A DNA stretch of 64,000 bases from Octopus bimaculoides (lineage: Eukaryota), in assembly GCF_001194135.2 (NCBI RefSeq), contig NC_068984.1:24126325-24190324 (forward strand), given 5' to 3'. Both the position numbers and the translations under genes were made by a program. Below, piece after piece: positions 37,556 through 51,369 of this stretch. Numbering within the stretch: the stretch's first letter is position 1; the number at the start of each line of letters is the position of its first letter. Under the pieces are notes generated by a model. That model was not told where the DNA came from and made no database searches. It saw nothing but the letters and a program-made list of their open reading frames with translations.

Positions 37556-39129
37556 AATTAAAAAATAATTGGTTTCAAATTTTGGCACAGGGCCAATAAT
37601 TTTGGGGGAAGGTGTAAGTTGATCACATTCACTCCAGTGCTCAACTGAGGTTTATTTTACCGACCCCGAAAGAATGAAAGACAAAGTCGACTATGGCAGA
37701 AATACTGCTAAGCATTCTGTCTGGTGTGCTAATGATTCTGCCAGCTCACCAATAATAATAATCAGTGGCAGAAACCCAAATTAAGCAAAAGGAAACGAAT
37801 GCTTTCATAGGCAAGAGCAAAAGTTTTTTAAATTGTCTTTTTGAAGAACTTTGGGTTTCCATCAAAACTTGGGGTTCAACAAAATTTTGAGCAAAAAAGT
37901 TAAATGGAGTGAAATTATGGTTTAAAAAAAATTTTGTTAATTATTTATGGTGCTTCATATTCACATCAATGAATAAAAATTTAATTTTATTGCTATGGTT
38001 GTATGATTAAGAAACTTGCTTTGCAACCACATGGTTTCAGGTTCAGTCCCATTGCATGTCAACTTAGGCAAGTGTCTTCTACTAGAGCCCTGGGCTGATT
38101 GATGCCTTGCAAGTGAATTTGGTAGATTGAAACTGCATGGAAACCCTTATACATACATATATATATATATATATATACACACACATATGTGTGAATGTGT
38201 GTGTGTGTGCGCGCGCACGTGCATGTGTGTGTGTCTTTGCGTTTGTCCCCACCCCACTGCTTAACATCTGGTGTTGGTCTGTTTACAATCCCATAAATTA
38301 GTAGTTCAGCAAAAAACTAAAAAGTAGTTACTGGAGTCAATTTGTTTGACTAAATATCGCAGAGTAGTGCCCTAACTTGGCCACAGTCTAGTGACTGAAA
38401 CAAGTAAAAGAATAAAAGATTTGTCAAGCATTAAGTGTTCACTTCTTCACCAAAATTCCAGAACATCTTTATAGTTTCCATGATGTAGAAAAGCTTAAAG
38501 ACCTTTGGCTTAGTATACTACAATCAAATTTTCTCACATAATAATAAACCAAAACGCTACAGACACTGGAAGTAAGTATGAATCTCATGAGGCTTTGTCA
38601 ATGTTTTGTGAAAACATTAATTAACTCAAGATATCCATTTAAATTCTCATTAAATCTTGAACTTCAAACATGTATTTCTAAAACAATATCTTAATTTAAC
38701 TCTAGAGAGATCTTTAAAATATTGACTTTTTGCTCAAAGAAGACTTCATAATTAATCAAAGTTAATAATTCCAATAATGTTTACTTTCAGCAAGGGACAA
38801 GGCTTTTGTTTTAGAGAAAAGTGCGTAAACAACCGATTACACCCAAGCGGATTGATCTTACCCTGAGTTTTCTATCAATTTATAACACTAATGAAATGAT
38901 TCATTGCATAACAGTAAAAACATTTCGATTCACTAATGAATCAAGACATGTTTAAAGTGAGTTTGTGTTATTGGACTTGTGGGATTACAAATTTTCACCT
39001 GTCACAATGATTTTGCACAAATCATTGCAGAAAATATAGACAGAGGTATAGCTGTAATCTGTGCAGGTGTGACTGAAAGAGGTGCAGGTGTGACTGAAAG
39101 AGGTGCAGGTGTGGCTGTAATAGGCAAAG

Positions 39130-39465
39130 GTGTTGCTGTGGTTAAGAAGTTCTCTTCCAAACCATACGATTTGGGGTTCAGTCCAACTGTATGGCACTTT
39201 AGGCAAGTGTCTTCTACTATAGCCCTGGGTCAAGCAAAACCTACTGAGTGGATTTGGTAGACAGAAACTGAAAGAATCTTGTTGCATGTGTGTGTGTGTC
39301 TGGATGGATGGATGGATATGCTTGTGTCTCCTTATCTTGACATTGCATGATTGTCATAAATGTCACTCATTTCCAATCTTCTGCAGAAACATGTCTGGCC
39401 ATTGAAAAGTCTGCCCCAGAAAACTTTGTTCAACCCATGCAAACATAGAAAAGTGGACATTAAAG
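39130..39465 (+). mobile_element. tRNA-derived SINE with family A head and RTE-type tail (variant B); other copies at ~41690-42095 and 49650-50030
   Basis: tRNA head and GGCAAGTGTCTTCTACT core, then CCTTATCTTGACAT... and CAACCCATGC...TGGACATTAA tail. The 41690 and 49650 copies retain GAGGGTTGGCGACAG/GGCAACAGG (resembles the cephalopod Ceph domain). Confidence 0.7.
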
Positions 39466-40495
39466 AAACAAAAAAAAAAAAACCCAACAAAACAAAAACA
39501 TGACTGATTTCATCAAATTAATAGAAACACATGTGACATATAGTGTGTTGGGAAGCTGTATAAAAGATAAAATAAAATGGACAAGATAAAATGCACAAGG
39601 AAACACACACACACATGCACAAACACACGTACACAAAAGGAATTGAAAGGAAATAAACTGAGTTTTAACTATGATGTATAAATGCCAACAATTTGTACAG
39701 TAACTTAAGAATGGGAGAATCAAGGCTATGATTCCATCTACATGGGAAAGAATGTTTGCATCTGAAATTAGAGGAAACATGGGGGTGTTTATTTCAACCC
39801 AGCAGGGGATGGTGACTGCAGTAATTGATTCCGGAAATTAACTACCAATTTAAATGTGTGAACAGAATAAAAGGATAGATGAAGTTGTGAGAAACAAATG
39901 AAGCTTGGTATTATGTCAGTGGTAACAATATAATAACCATATTACAAAGTTACTATCATATTCATTAGATTCTGTTAAGGGAAAGACAGACTGAATTTAA
40001 TGCTCAAAGGTTAAATATTCACAGTAACAATAGACAGGTCAATACGGTGAAAATAAATAAAAAGAAAATTCACTATTGAATATCAGAGAAATGTATTTTA
40101 CACCCTTCTCATTTAAATCTTATTTTCTAATATTATTTCAGTCTTTTAAATTGCTGATCAAAAATGAAACTTTTTTAATCACCATTTTTTACTCCACATC
40201 ACCCACCACCATCGTCATTCTCATTGCCATCACCATCATCACCACTACCACTACTGTTATCATCATCATCATCCTTTTACATTTGCTTTCTCAGGTTTCC
40301 TGAAGTGCATTATGACTGGATACCCTTGCTGTCATCAACACCTTTAGTTGCCTTTATGGTATACAGTATACCTCCTCTAAAACTGGGATACACATAGTCA
40401 GTACAAGGTACTATTTCTGCTGGTCAGAAAGGCATTTAACCATTACACCTTTCTAAGGTGGCAAACAGAGTCATTAGGGTGTCAGAAAAAAATGT

Positions 40496-40725
40496 GGCGA
40501 GCTGACAGAAACGTTAGCACGCCAGGCAAAATGCTTAGCGGTATTTCGTCTGCTACTACGTTCTGAGTTCAAATTCCGCAGAGGTCGACTTTGCCTTTCA
40601 TCCTTTCGGGGTCGATTAAATAAGTACCAGTTACGCACTGGGGTCGATATAATCGACTTAATCCGTTTGCCTGTCCTTGTTTGTCCCCTCTGCGTATAGT
40701 CCCTTGTGGGCAGTAAAGAAATAAG
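40496..40725 (+). mobile_element. SINE family C, young full-length copy, followed by an older copy at ~40730-40905
   Basis: GGCGAGCTGACAGAAACGTTAGC...GAGTTCAAATTCC...GTAAAGAAATAAG. Confidence 0.9.
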
Positions 40726-42404
40726 AAAAAAATGCTTTGCAACATTTTTTCTGGTTCTTAATGTTCTGAGTTCAAATGCTAACAAGATTACTTTACCTTT
40801 TATCCTTTCAGGGTTAATTAAAAAGCACCAGTTGGTGGGGTTCATGTAACTGACTTAACCCCTCTCCAAAAGCTGCTGACCTTGTGCTAAAATTTGAAAC
40901 CATTTTAACACTTTTATAATAAGATGTGATTTTACAAAACACAATTTTAAAGTGGTTACAGAGTGTCCACTGAGCAGTCAAGGAATCATATCCTGTTACA
41001 GAGACTGCAATGTGTCTGTAGGTATGATACTAAACTCTCAATAATTTTGTCCAATGAGCTGCTTCAAAGTACCAAATGTGAATGTAGCATAGTGCTTGAT
41101 ATCATTGACCGGTGTATAACTGAACCTGAAGGATTGCTTGGGGGTACAAAGAATGATATATAAATCTGTCAATTTATTGTGTTTCAATAACATGAAAATA
41201 ATAGTAACTCATTTAAATACTGTATATTAAATGATATTTATCTCTTGCTGTATGGAGTACTTTTTTGTTGATCCTCTAATAACAGAACACTATATATATA
41301 TCATTATCATCATTTAATGTCCATGTTCCATGCTATATATATATATACACACATACATGTACATTAAATTAATAATTATATATGTATATATATATAATTA
41401 TATTAAGGGAGAAAGTCGAAACTTGACTTTTCTCCTCCATACTGAATGAATGTCTAAACATTACAAAGCTACCAAGAAATATGAATATATACACACACAT
41501 ATATATATATACAAATGAGTGGACAAACGAAAGAAGAGCACTCAACACATTTATTGAGAGTTACATGTATGGATCAGAACAGTTTGATTCAAATTCCATA
41601 CTACTTAAAGTTTCAAAGCTTTGAAACTTTAAGAAACATGAAATTTAAATCAAACTGTTCTGATCCACTGCTCTGCCATGCACACACAGTGCAGGCTTGG
41701 TTGTGTGGTTAAGAAGTTTGTTTCCAATGTACATAGCATCAGGTTCAGTCCCACAGAGTAATACCTTCAGTAAATGCCTTTTACTATAGCTTAATGAACG
41801 GATTTGTTAGATGGAAACTGAAAGAAGCCTCTCTGTGTGTGTGTGTGTGTGTGTGTGCGCACCTGTGCATGCATGTGCATGTATCGCCTTGTCTTGACAT
41901 TGTAAGCAAGCATCACAACCATACAAGGAGTGTCATTCATTTCCAGTCTTCCAATCAAACATATCCAGCCAAGGGAAAATGTCACCTTACTTGGAAACAG
42001 ATGAGGGTTGGCGACAGAAAGAGTACAGAAAATAGAAAATCTACCTCAACAAATTCTATCTGAGCCATGCAAGCAGGAAAATGGAAAACATTAAAACAAT
42101 GCTGGCAACAGTAATGATGACAGTATGGTTACAGTTGTTGTTTGACCCCAGCTTAGCTCTGGTCAAACAGACCTATGGTTGAAAGCATTTCAAAAGTGAC
42201 CATTTCATGATTTGTCCATACATAGGACATATACGACTACATCATCAAATGTAGCTTTTCTTTTAATAAAATGGGTAGCATGTGATTTAAGGAAAATTTG
42301 ACTATTGTTTTTAGGAGATCAAGAAACATTGTAGAGCTGCACTCATTGACTCAACATGGTGCTAGCTGTGGTGATGGTCAGGTTGATTCATAAGCTGGAC
42401 TTAG

Positions 42405-42637
42405 CCCTTTACCACTTAAACCAGCCATATCTGGCACAAATATTCTACCCATTTTACGTTCAAACTAGCCAAATCCAGCCTCTCATCTACCCTATAATAT
42501 TATTTTTAAATGATGTGACCATTTAAAAATAAATGATCACATCATTGAAATCTCAAAGCTACAAGATGTGTGATAAATTCAAAACAATGTGAATAAATAA
42601 TCATTACATGTAACAGAATAATCTGAATGCTAACAGG
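42405..42637 (-). mobile_element. piggyBac-like MITE
   Basis: Same family as 26725 and 29829. Confidence 0.7.
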
Positions 42638-43962
42638 TTAAATCAACAGCTTGCTTTCAAACTGTTCCATCTTACAAATGAACATTGGATAAATGAAATC
42701 CACAAACTAAAGTTACATGATTTGTCCTTAATAATGTGTCATAGTGAATTAGTTATATTGTAATGGAATTGTTAACTAATGAGCATGTTTCATCACTATG
42801 TTTAATGATGACTCCTCAATAATAACTGCTATTATTACAATTATTAATCAGACCAAAGGAATAAATAGATAAAGAAAGCAGTAAGATCCAAGAAATCTAA
42901 TGAATGTCTGCACTGGTAATTAGAGAGCACAAATAGTTCAAAAGTGGAACAAATTAGTATGTTATGAAGAAGAGGGAAATTCTAATGTTTTGGGTAGAAA
43001 CATTTCTCAGCGAATGATGTTATCTGATGAACTAAATTAATAAAAATAGAGTGAGTGTCACAGAGGGGTACAGTTTGTCATGAGAAGAACTGTGCCAAAC
43101 AGATGTAATATTAAATAAGAAATTCAAGAAACGAAGAGTTAAAGAATTTCCAGTGATACTAGAGGAAATATACATTCTTGAAGTAAAGTCTGGGAGAATG
43201 TTGATTTGAAAGATATGCAGTCAACTGAATGAACTTTATGATTATTATACAGAGAAAGTCGATAGAACTTTAACATGATGACATACATTACAATAGCATG
43301 TATAAATGTTTATGTCTTATTGTTACTGTGTTTTGATTTAGGAAAACACCTAAAACTGCTGTCATAAGATTTTTTAAATGTATATTTTAAAAACTTTTAA
43401 AATTCTCTTTAGCTGAGTTGCAATAAAGAAAGACAAAAGATTTCTGAAATGTCAATGCCGTCTTCAAATAGGACATAGATTATTAACCAAAATAAAAATC
43501 TCACTTGAACTGAATGATTAAGTGGTGAAATCAATCAATATAATATTGATCTGAACAATGTTATGTTGATATGGTATATTAACATAACGAGAGAGAAAAA
43601 AAAAAAAGAAGAAAGAAACATTGTAAGATAACAGAATATTTTTATGCAAGAGAAAATTTGACTCCACTTTAAATTCTATAAGAATTCTGTAAAGCAATAA
43701 AATATTCAAGTGACTTCAGGCTATAAATGAATTTAACGTCTTGACTGTCATAATCTCTCACTCTCTTGTATATGCATATTCTTGTTTCAATTTTGAAATT
43801 TCTTACTAATACAGAAAGAGCCAGCTTCTAACTCAGAAACTAGGCTCTTTCATTTGAATTTAGACATCAACTAGATAGTCATGTACATATCTGCATATGT
43901 ATGTACATATTCGTGTACATCATTGCTTGTGTGGACCTGCATGTTTTGACTTATGGATGTGT

Positions 43963-44056
43963 ACATGTACACATTTGCATGTCTACATGTACACATTTGC
44001 ATGTCTACATGTACACATTTGCATGTCTACATGTACACATTTGCATGTCTACATGT
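43963..44056. repeat. 22-bp minisatellite, ~4.3 copies (ACATGTACACATTTGCATGTCT)
   Basis: Perfect tandem units at 43963, 43985, 44007 and 44029. Confidence 0.95.
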
Positions 44057-44982
44057 CTCTCTAAGACGTTTCTCTGAGACAAGATATTACACCTAGTGCT
44101 GTTTCACATTTGTATACATATTATAATGTACATACAAATGTGAAACAGCACGAGCTCTAATATCTTATCTCAGATAAAAATACTGGTATTTATTTTTGGC
44201 TGTTTCAAGTGAATACATTAATTTAATACTAGCCTGGATAACTTTCACACAAATCAGTAAATGTGTTGTTTACAGATTTCTATCTCATCTCAGAACAAGT
44301 ATTTTGAAGTTTAGCTCAGAATGTGCAGGTTATTCCTCACTGAAGAGATCAAATCAAGTTGAAACACTATGTCTGGTGAGCCATGAGCTACTGACACTGA
44401 ACAAATCCCTGAGATTTTAACACACAAGTCCTTTTGAGATGAAATATTATTGCTAGAGTCATTCAACATTTGTATACACATTTGTGAATATTATACACAC
44501 ATATAGATTTATTTTAAGTCTATATGTGCACATATCACCCTACTACATATTTCACATGTTTTCACAGTTTCCTTACTAATTTTGTAAATAGCTGAATCCC
44601 TTCTGATTTTGTAAAACCCAGCTTCTTAAGAGTGGTGCAGAAACAGTTAAATACATATCCCAGTGCCACAATAATTATAGGTATAAATCTAAAGTTATAG
44701 TTGGGGTGGAATAACTGCAAACATCTCGTTAGTTTTGCATCATATTTTTTCTTCTTTTTTCTTTAATATCATGTTAGGGTCAGCTAAAATTTTACTGACT
44801 TCCATTTCTCTGCACACAATTTTTCTCTGTTCAGACCATTATGCTTGACCTGTTATGCTTACACTCTACAGAGGTTTTGACAAGAACGCTCCATCAATAT
44901 TCTTTCACATTATGGATGAGCATATCTTTAAGATCACTGTAAATTCTTACACTTTTATTTTCAGGACAACTCTTTCTACATC

Positions 44983-45014
<32 letters not shown>

Positions 45015-45020
<6 letters not shown>

Positions 45021-45221
45021 ATGCATTTGTTGCCCTACCATCGATTGATAACCGATGTTGGAGTGTTTACGTCCCCGTAACTTAGCAGTTCAGCATAAGA
45101 GACCTATAGAATAAGTACTAGGCTTACAAAGAATAAGTCCTGGGGTCGATTTGTTCAACTAAAGGTGGTGCTCCAGCATGGCCACAGCCAAATGACTGAA
45201 ACAGATAAGGAATAAAGGAAT
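45015..45221 (+). mobile_element. SINE family A, 3' half
   Basis: GATAACCGATGTTGG...GGTGGTGCTCCAGCATGGCC. Confidence 0.8.
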
Positions 45222-45760
45222 NNNNNNNNNNNNNNNNNNNNNNNNNNNNNNNNNNNNNNNNNNNNNNNNNNNNNNNNNNNNNNNNNNNNNNNNNNNNNNN
45301 NNNNNNNNNNNNNNNNNNNNNNNNNNNNNNNNNNNNNNNNNNNNNNNNNNNNNNNNNNNNNNNNNNNNNNNNNNNNNNNNNNNNNNNNNNNNNNNNNNNN
45401 NNNNNNNNNNNNNNNNNNNNNNNNNNNNNNNNNNNNNNNNNNNNNNNNNNNNNNNNNNNNNNNNNNNNNNNNNNNNNNNNNNNNNNNNNNNNNNNNNNNN
45501 NNNNNNNNNNNNNNNNNNNNNNNNNNNNNNNNNNNNNNNNNNNNNNNNNNNNNNNNNNNNNNNNNNNNNNNNNNNNNNNNNNNNNNNNNNNNNNNNNNNN
45601 NNNNNNNNNNNNNNNNNNNNNNNNNNNNNNNNNNNNNNNNNNNNNNNNNNNNNNNNNNNNNNNNNNNNNNNNNNNNNNNNNNNNNNNNNNNNNNNNNNNN
45701 NNNNNNNNNNNNNNNNNNNNNNNNNNNNNNNNNNNNNNNNNNNNNNNNNNNNNNNNNNNA

Positions 45761-46060
45761 AGTGGCTGAGCACTCCACAGACACATGCACCCTTAACGTA
45801 GTTCTCGGGGATATTCAGCGTGACACAGTGTGACATGGCTGACCCTTTGAATTACAGGCACAACAGAAACAGGAAGTAAGAGTGAGAGAAAGTTGTAGTG
45901 AAAGAGTACAGCAGGGTTCGCCACCATCCCCTGTCGGAGCGTCGTGGAGCTTTAGGTGTTTTCGCTCAATAAATACTCACAACGCCCGGTCTGGGAATCA
46001 AAACCGCGATCCTATGACCGCGAGTCCGCTGCCCTAACCACTGGGTCATTGCGCCTCCAC
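45761..46060 (-). mobile_element. tRNA-derived SINE family D (tRNA-Arg-like head), cut by a gap
   Basis: Reverse complement of 46331-46630. Confidence 0.85.
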
Positions 46061-46330
46061 AATTTGTATTAACTACAAAATAAATAGGAAATAGAATTAA
46101 TATGATTTTTCAGTTGAATTTTAATTATTTTTTCTATGAAAAAGGGAATAGGTTTCTCACCCTCACTAAAATAAAACAGCTGGACCAATGAAAACTACAG
46201 TGTACAAGCCATTGTTTAGCATTATTTTTGGTAGGTTTACTGAATGGTTCTGGTGATCACTACATATATTCTTTTATGAAGGAAATGGCTAGGCAGATGC
46301 TACTAATCAAGTATATATCTCCATCTCCTT

Positions 46331-46712
46331 GTGGAGGCGCAATGGCCCAGTGGTTATGGGAGTGGACTCGCGGTCATAGGATCACGGTTTCGATTCCTAG
46401 ACCAGGTGTTGTGAGTGTTTATTGAGCGAAAACACCTAAAGCTCCATGAGGCTCCAGCAGGGGATGGTGGCGAACCCTGCTGTACTCTTCCATCACAACT
46501 TTCTCTCACTTTTACTTCCTGTTTCCGTTGTACCTGCAATTCAAAGGGTCAACCTTGTCACACTGTTTCATACTGAATATCCCCAAGAACTACGTTAAGG
46601 GTACACGTGTCTGTAGAGTGCTCAGCCACTTGCACGTTACTTTCACGAGCAGGCTGTTCCGTTGATCGGATCAACTGGAACCTTCGTCGTCGTAAGCAAT
46701 GGAGTGCCAACA
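46331..46712 (+). mobile_element. tRNA-derived SINE family D, full length
   Basis: GGAGGCGCAATGGCCCAGTGGTTA (A box), GGTTTCGATTCC (B box). Possibly one of the published octopus tRNA-Arg-derived OR families (not verified). Confidence 0.85.
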
Positions 46713-47519
46713 TATCTCCATCTCCCCCTTAATAGATAGAAATGCATGGGATTTTGGCTGCAACCTAGAGCTAAGAGAAAAAGTTTGAAAGGTAAAAAAT
46801 TCTCTTATAAATGTCTGTGTTTTTGCGAGTGCATTCAAGCACACACACACACACACACACGCATACACACCTACACACAAATGAAAAAAAATTAACAGGT
46901 AGAATATCAGACACAGAATACTATCATGTAAATTTAAGTTATGTCATGACACAGACATATGCACATAAACACACACACACACACACACAAACACAAACAC
47001 GCATACATCTGCAAATGAAATACCATGTGAAAGAAATGGAATGGAAGGCTCAGGGTATCATGATGAAAAGTGAGAATTAGATAGGTTGAGGTGGAGAGAG
47101 AGAGAAGGAGAAAAGAAGGCTAGAATAGCTAAGAAAGAATACTTCATTTATTAATGTATAAGATATTTTTCATCCCAAAATGCATCTACAAATTCATTGC
47201 ATCATATAATATGCCGGATCTACTTGAGGCTAATGAGTATATAAGCTGCCTGACAACCAACTGAATGGTCAATGGTTTATATCCTATTACAGGCAAAGCA
47301 TTGTAAACTTGATCAAGGATCTTAATCTCAATGATATCAGTTCACACCTACATAAATAGATAGAATGTGTAAGTAATGTATGAGAAGTATTCATCATTTT
47401 GTCATTGAATTCAGATCATTCAGCTGATTATCAGCTGTGTGTGTATGTTAGTATGAAAATGTTCATTCCATGTTAAACTTATCCTACACTACATCAATCA
47501 CCAAAAGATGAGCCAATGA

Positions 47520-47740
47520 GGGAGCCTCTATGTAGCCCTTTGACCTACAAGAAATAGCAGTCATAAACTCACAATCACAGCCTATTATCTTAGAATAGAC
47601 AATAGGCTATATTGGATAATGTGGTACTGGGTTCCCCAGGCCTAGGAAAAATACAAGATGGTTATGACTGGAATGCCTTGGATCATAGATCTGCTCAATG
47701 AGGGCTGACCCAGGGTAACAACAACAACAACAACAACCAA
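47520..47740 (+). mobile_element. Short interspersed repeat with (AAC)n tail; other copies at ~12515-12700, 13140-13370, 13560-13760, 25745-26115, 33230-33365 and 42140-42330
   Basis: GAAATAGCAG...GATGGTTATGACTGGAATGCC...GGGCTGACC...AACAACAAC shared across copies. Confidence 0.7.
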
Positions 47741-48589
47741 ATGAAGATCTTATATTACTACAAGAGATATATGATGCATCAGTTCATTCACTACAACACA
47801 GTTGAAAAATACTTTTCTTTTTCATCTACTTTAGTGTTTCTCAACTATTTATTTTTTTTACCTATGGACCCCTTTAACTCCTATTTTACTTGAATGGACC
47901 CTCTTAACTATTTAATGTTTAAAAAATTCTATTATATTTTCATAACTAAATATCATTAGGATATTGTATAAAGAATTGTTAAAATACTTTGTGTATTGTA
48001 GAAGTATAACCAATTTATGGAACATAAATTTTAACAACAAAATCTTACATGGACCCCCAATGGTCATATAGACCTCAGTTGAGAACCACTCATCCACTCT
48101 ATAGATCAATATCAGTTGGCTGTAAATGATGATGATGATCATCATTATTATTTAATGTCCATTTTCCATGCTGGCATGAGGTTGGCCAATTTGACCAGGG
48201 CTGGCAAGCTGGAGGGCTGCATCAGGCTCCAGTTGTCTGTTTTGGTATGGTTTCTACAGCAACCACTTGAGTGTATTGGCTATAGAGTACACACACACAC
48301 ACACACACACAATAAGCTTCTTTCAGTTTCTGTCTACCAAACCCACAAGACATTGGTCAGCTTGGGCCATAGTAGAAAACACTTGCCCAAGGTGCTAAGC
48401 AGTGGGACTGNNNNNNNNNNNNNNNNNNNNNNNNNNNNNNNNNNNNNNNNNNNNNNNNNNNNNNNNNNNNNNNNNNNNNNNNNNNNNNNNNNNNNNNNNN
48501 NATATATATATATATATCATCATCATCATCGTTTAACATCCGCTTTCCATGCTAGCATGGGTTGGACGATTTGACCATATATATATATA

Positions 48590-48800
48590 TATATAAAAAC
48601 ACACCAAAGTAAGCAGATAAATGTGAAACAAGGTGAGAAACAAATAGTACTTGAATACCAGAGATAGAGTAATATGCTTTATTATTAAAACTGCAAAACC
48701 ATCACAAAATCATTACAAAAAACTGCTACTCTGATGAACAGGAATGTGAAATTCTGAGTAGCAGTTTTTTGTGATATTTTTGCAGCTTTAATAATAAAGT
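48590..48800 (+). mobile_element. Palindromic repeat with a hammerhead-like core, possibly Penelope-associated
   Basis: Inverted arms 48677-48731 and 48756-48799 around CTGATGA-ACAGGAATGT-GAAA. Confidence 0.45.
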
Positions 48801-51309
48801 ACACACACACACATTCTTTTACTGGTTTCAGTAATAATTCCACTGCAACCATTTACTTAATCAAATCAAGCCTAGTACTTATTTCAAGTTCTGGCACTTT
48901 TATTTTATTGGTTGCTTTTTACTAAGTAAACAAACTGACACCAGTTGTTAACAGTAGAGACAAACACATAACTGTACACACACACACACACACACAACAA
49001 GCTTCAGCATAAAGTTTTTGTCTACCTAATTCACCCACAGACCATGTGAGTATGTGTGCGTGCATGTGCATGTGTTTGTGTAATAAATCTAAGCCAATTT
49101 AAAACATCGTTATTTGTATAAGAAAATATAGAAAAATTTAAACAAGTTTATTTTTTTCAATTTATTTTAGTAGTGAACAATTTTTTCATTGCAAAACTGC
49201 CAAAAGAAACAATTTTCTGTATTTCTATTTCACTTATATGACAAGATAAATTTATTTATGCTAATTCAAAGTTTAAATGTTCTAGAAATAGTTCTTCGGT
49301 TACAGAATTTATGTTTTCCATCATGAATTCTTTGGGTGGACTTTTGTTCAGAGAAAAGTATGTTGGGCAATGAGATAACACATTCAATCTCATACCTAAT
49401 AAATAATTTAAAGGTAAACAATATTTATTCACAATAGAAATCTATTGGTAAAATTGGTGAAAATAATTGTTTTATTCTCTCTTTCTCTCTGAATGTATGT
49501 AATGGAGTGAAATGTACTAAAACTGCCCTAAGCCAACTTGGTGGTGCCAAACACACATATCATCAGTTTCATCAATTGATTCTACATGTTCATCTGTCTG
49601 TATGTATATGTGTCTGTCTGTCTATGTCTATCTGTCTATCTAGGTACAAGCGTGGCAGTGGGGTGGAGAAGCTTGATTCCCAATCATATGGTCTTAGGTT
49701 CAGTCCTTCAGCACAGCATTTTGGGCAAGTGTCTTCTATCATAGTACCAAACACACAAAAGCCTTGAGAGTGGATTTGGTAGAGAGAAACTGAAAGAAGT
49801 CCAGTGTGTGTGTACCCTTGTCTAGACATTAAGTGATAGTTGTAAATAAGCATCATCATTATATAAGCAAGGGTGTTTGTTTCTAGCTCTTCATGAAAAT
49901 CATGTCCAGCTATGGGAAAAATATTATCTTGCAAAGAAACATATGAGGGTTGGCAACAGGAAAAGGATCCAAATGTATGCAATCTACCTCAACAAAATCT
50001 GCCTACCTTGTGCAAGCATGGAAAATCATAATCTTCATCATTTAACGTCTGCTTTCCATGCTGGCATGGGCTGGATGGTTTTGACTGAGGACTGGAAAGC
50101 CAGTAGGCTGCACCAGGCTCCAGTCTGATCTGGCAAGATTTCTACAGCTGGATGCTCTTCCTAATGCCCACCACTCCGAGAGTGTAGTGGGTCCTTTTTA
50201 TGTGCTACCGGCACAGGAGTCAGTCAGGCGGCACTGGCATCGACCACATTCAGATGGTGCCTTTTAACAGCATGGAAGCCAGTTAGGGGGCACTGGTATT
50301 GACCATGTTTGGATGGTGCTTTTTATGTGCCACTGGCATGGGAGCCAGTCAGAGGGCACTGGCATCGATCACGTTCACATGGTGCTTTTCATGTGCCACT
50401 GGCATGGGGAGCCAGTCAGGCAACACTGGTATTGACATCAGCAAATGTAGATATTAAATGCTGCTGCTGCTGATATCTGTGAGTGTATGTGCATGTGTTA
50501 TCTCTTTATATTTTCATACAAAAAACTGTAACCATAGTTAATATGCTTATTACTGAAGTTCAAAGAGTCTGGCCACAAAGGTTTGTGTATTAATAACTAG
50601 AATTTTAAACCCATACCTACAGTTCATATTATTTGTATTATAGATAAAATGTGACTACTGTTGAAAAATAGGTACAGAAGATGAATAGGTTGAAAGAAAC
50701 GGTAAATATCATCAGCCTACTTTGCTGAAATTAAATACAAAAGCTGAAAGGATTTTTTTTCCTCTCAGTTTTTTATGTAATAATTTAACGATGAAAAACA
50801 GTGAAGCCTGTTTTTATCCAGGAAAGCTGGGACAAGAAGAATATAGCATAGAGACATTATAATGGCAGGTTGAAAATTATCACTTAAGACTATGGATTCA
50901 GTAATTTGGCCCCTTAATTTCATAGATATTCTGTGAAATTTTTAATATTTGAAGTAATTTCATTGCTGATGTTTAAATTATTAGCTTCTGTTTCACTCAG
51001 GATATATGTTTATATCCTTTTCAAACACAACGTCAGTTTCTTTTATTTTACCAGTTATGTGGTTAAGAGATTTTATTTCTCAATCCTGTGGTCCTGGATT
51101 CCATCCCATTGAATGATACTTTGAGCAAAATGTCTTTTACCAGAGCCTCATGCTAATTTTGTAGCTAAATGGTTAAGAAGCTTGCTTGCCAACTACTTGG
51201 TTCTGGGTTCAGTCCCATTGCAAGGCATCTTACCCAAGATGTCAAGTAATGGCAATCGAAGTGGATATGGTTAACATAAAATGAAAAAAGCCTGCCATAT
51301 GTGTGTGTA

Positions 51310-51369
<60 letters not shown>

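Noticed and set aside
46333-46405. tRNA-like sequences (also at 25368, 40496 and 56630)
   Set aside because: SINE heads without a complete acceptor stem, continuing into SINE bodies; not functional tRNA genes
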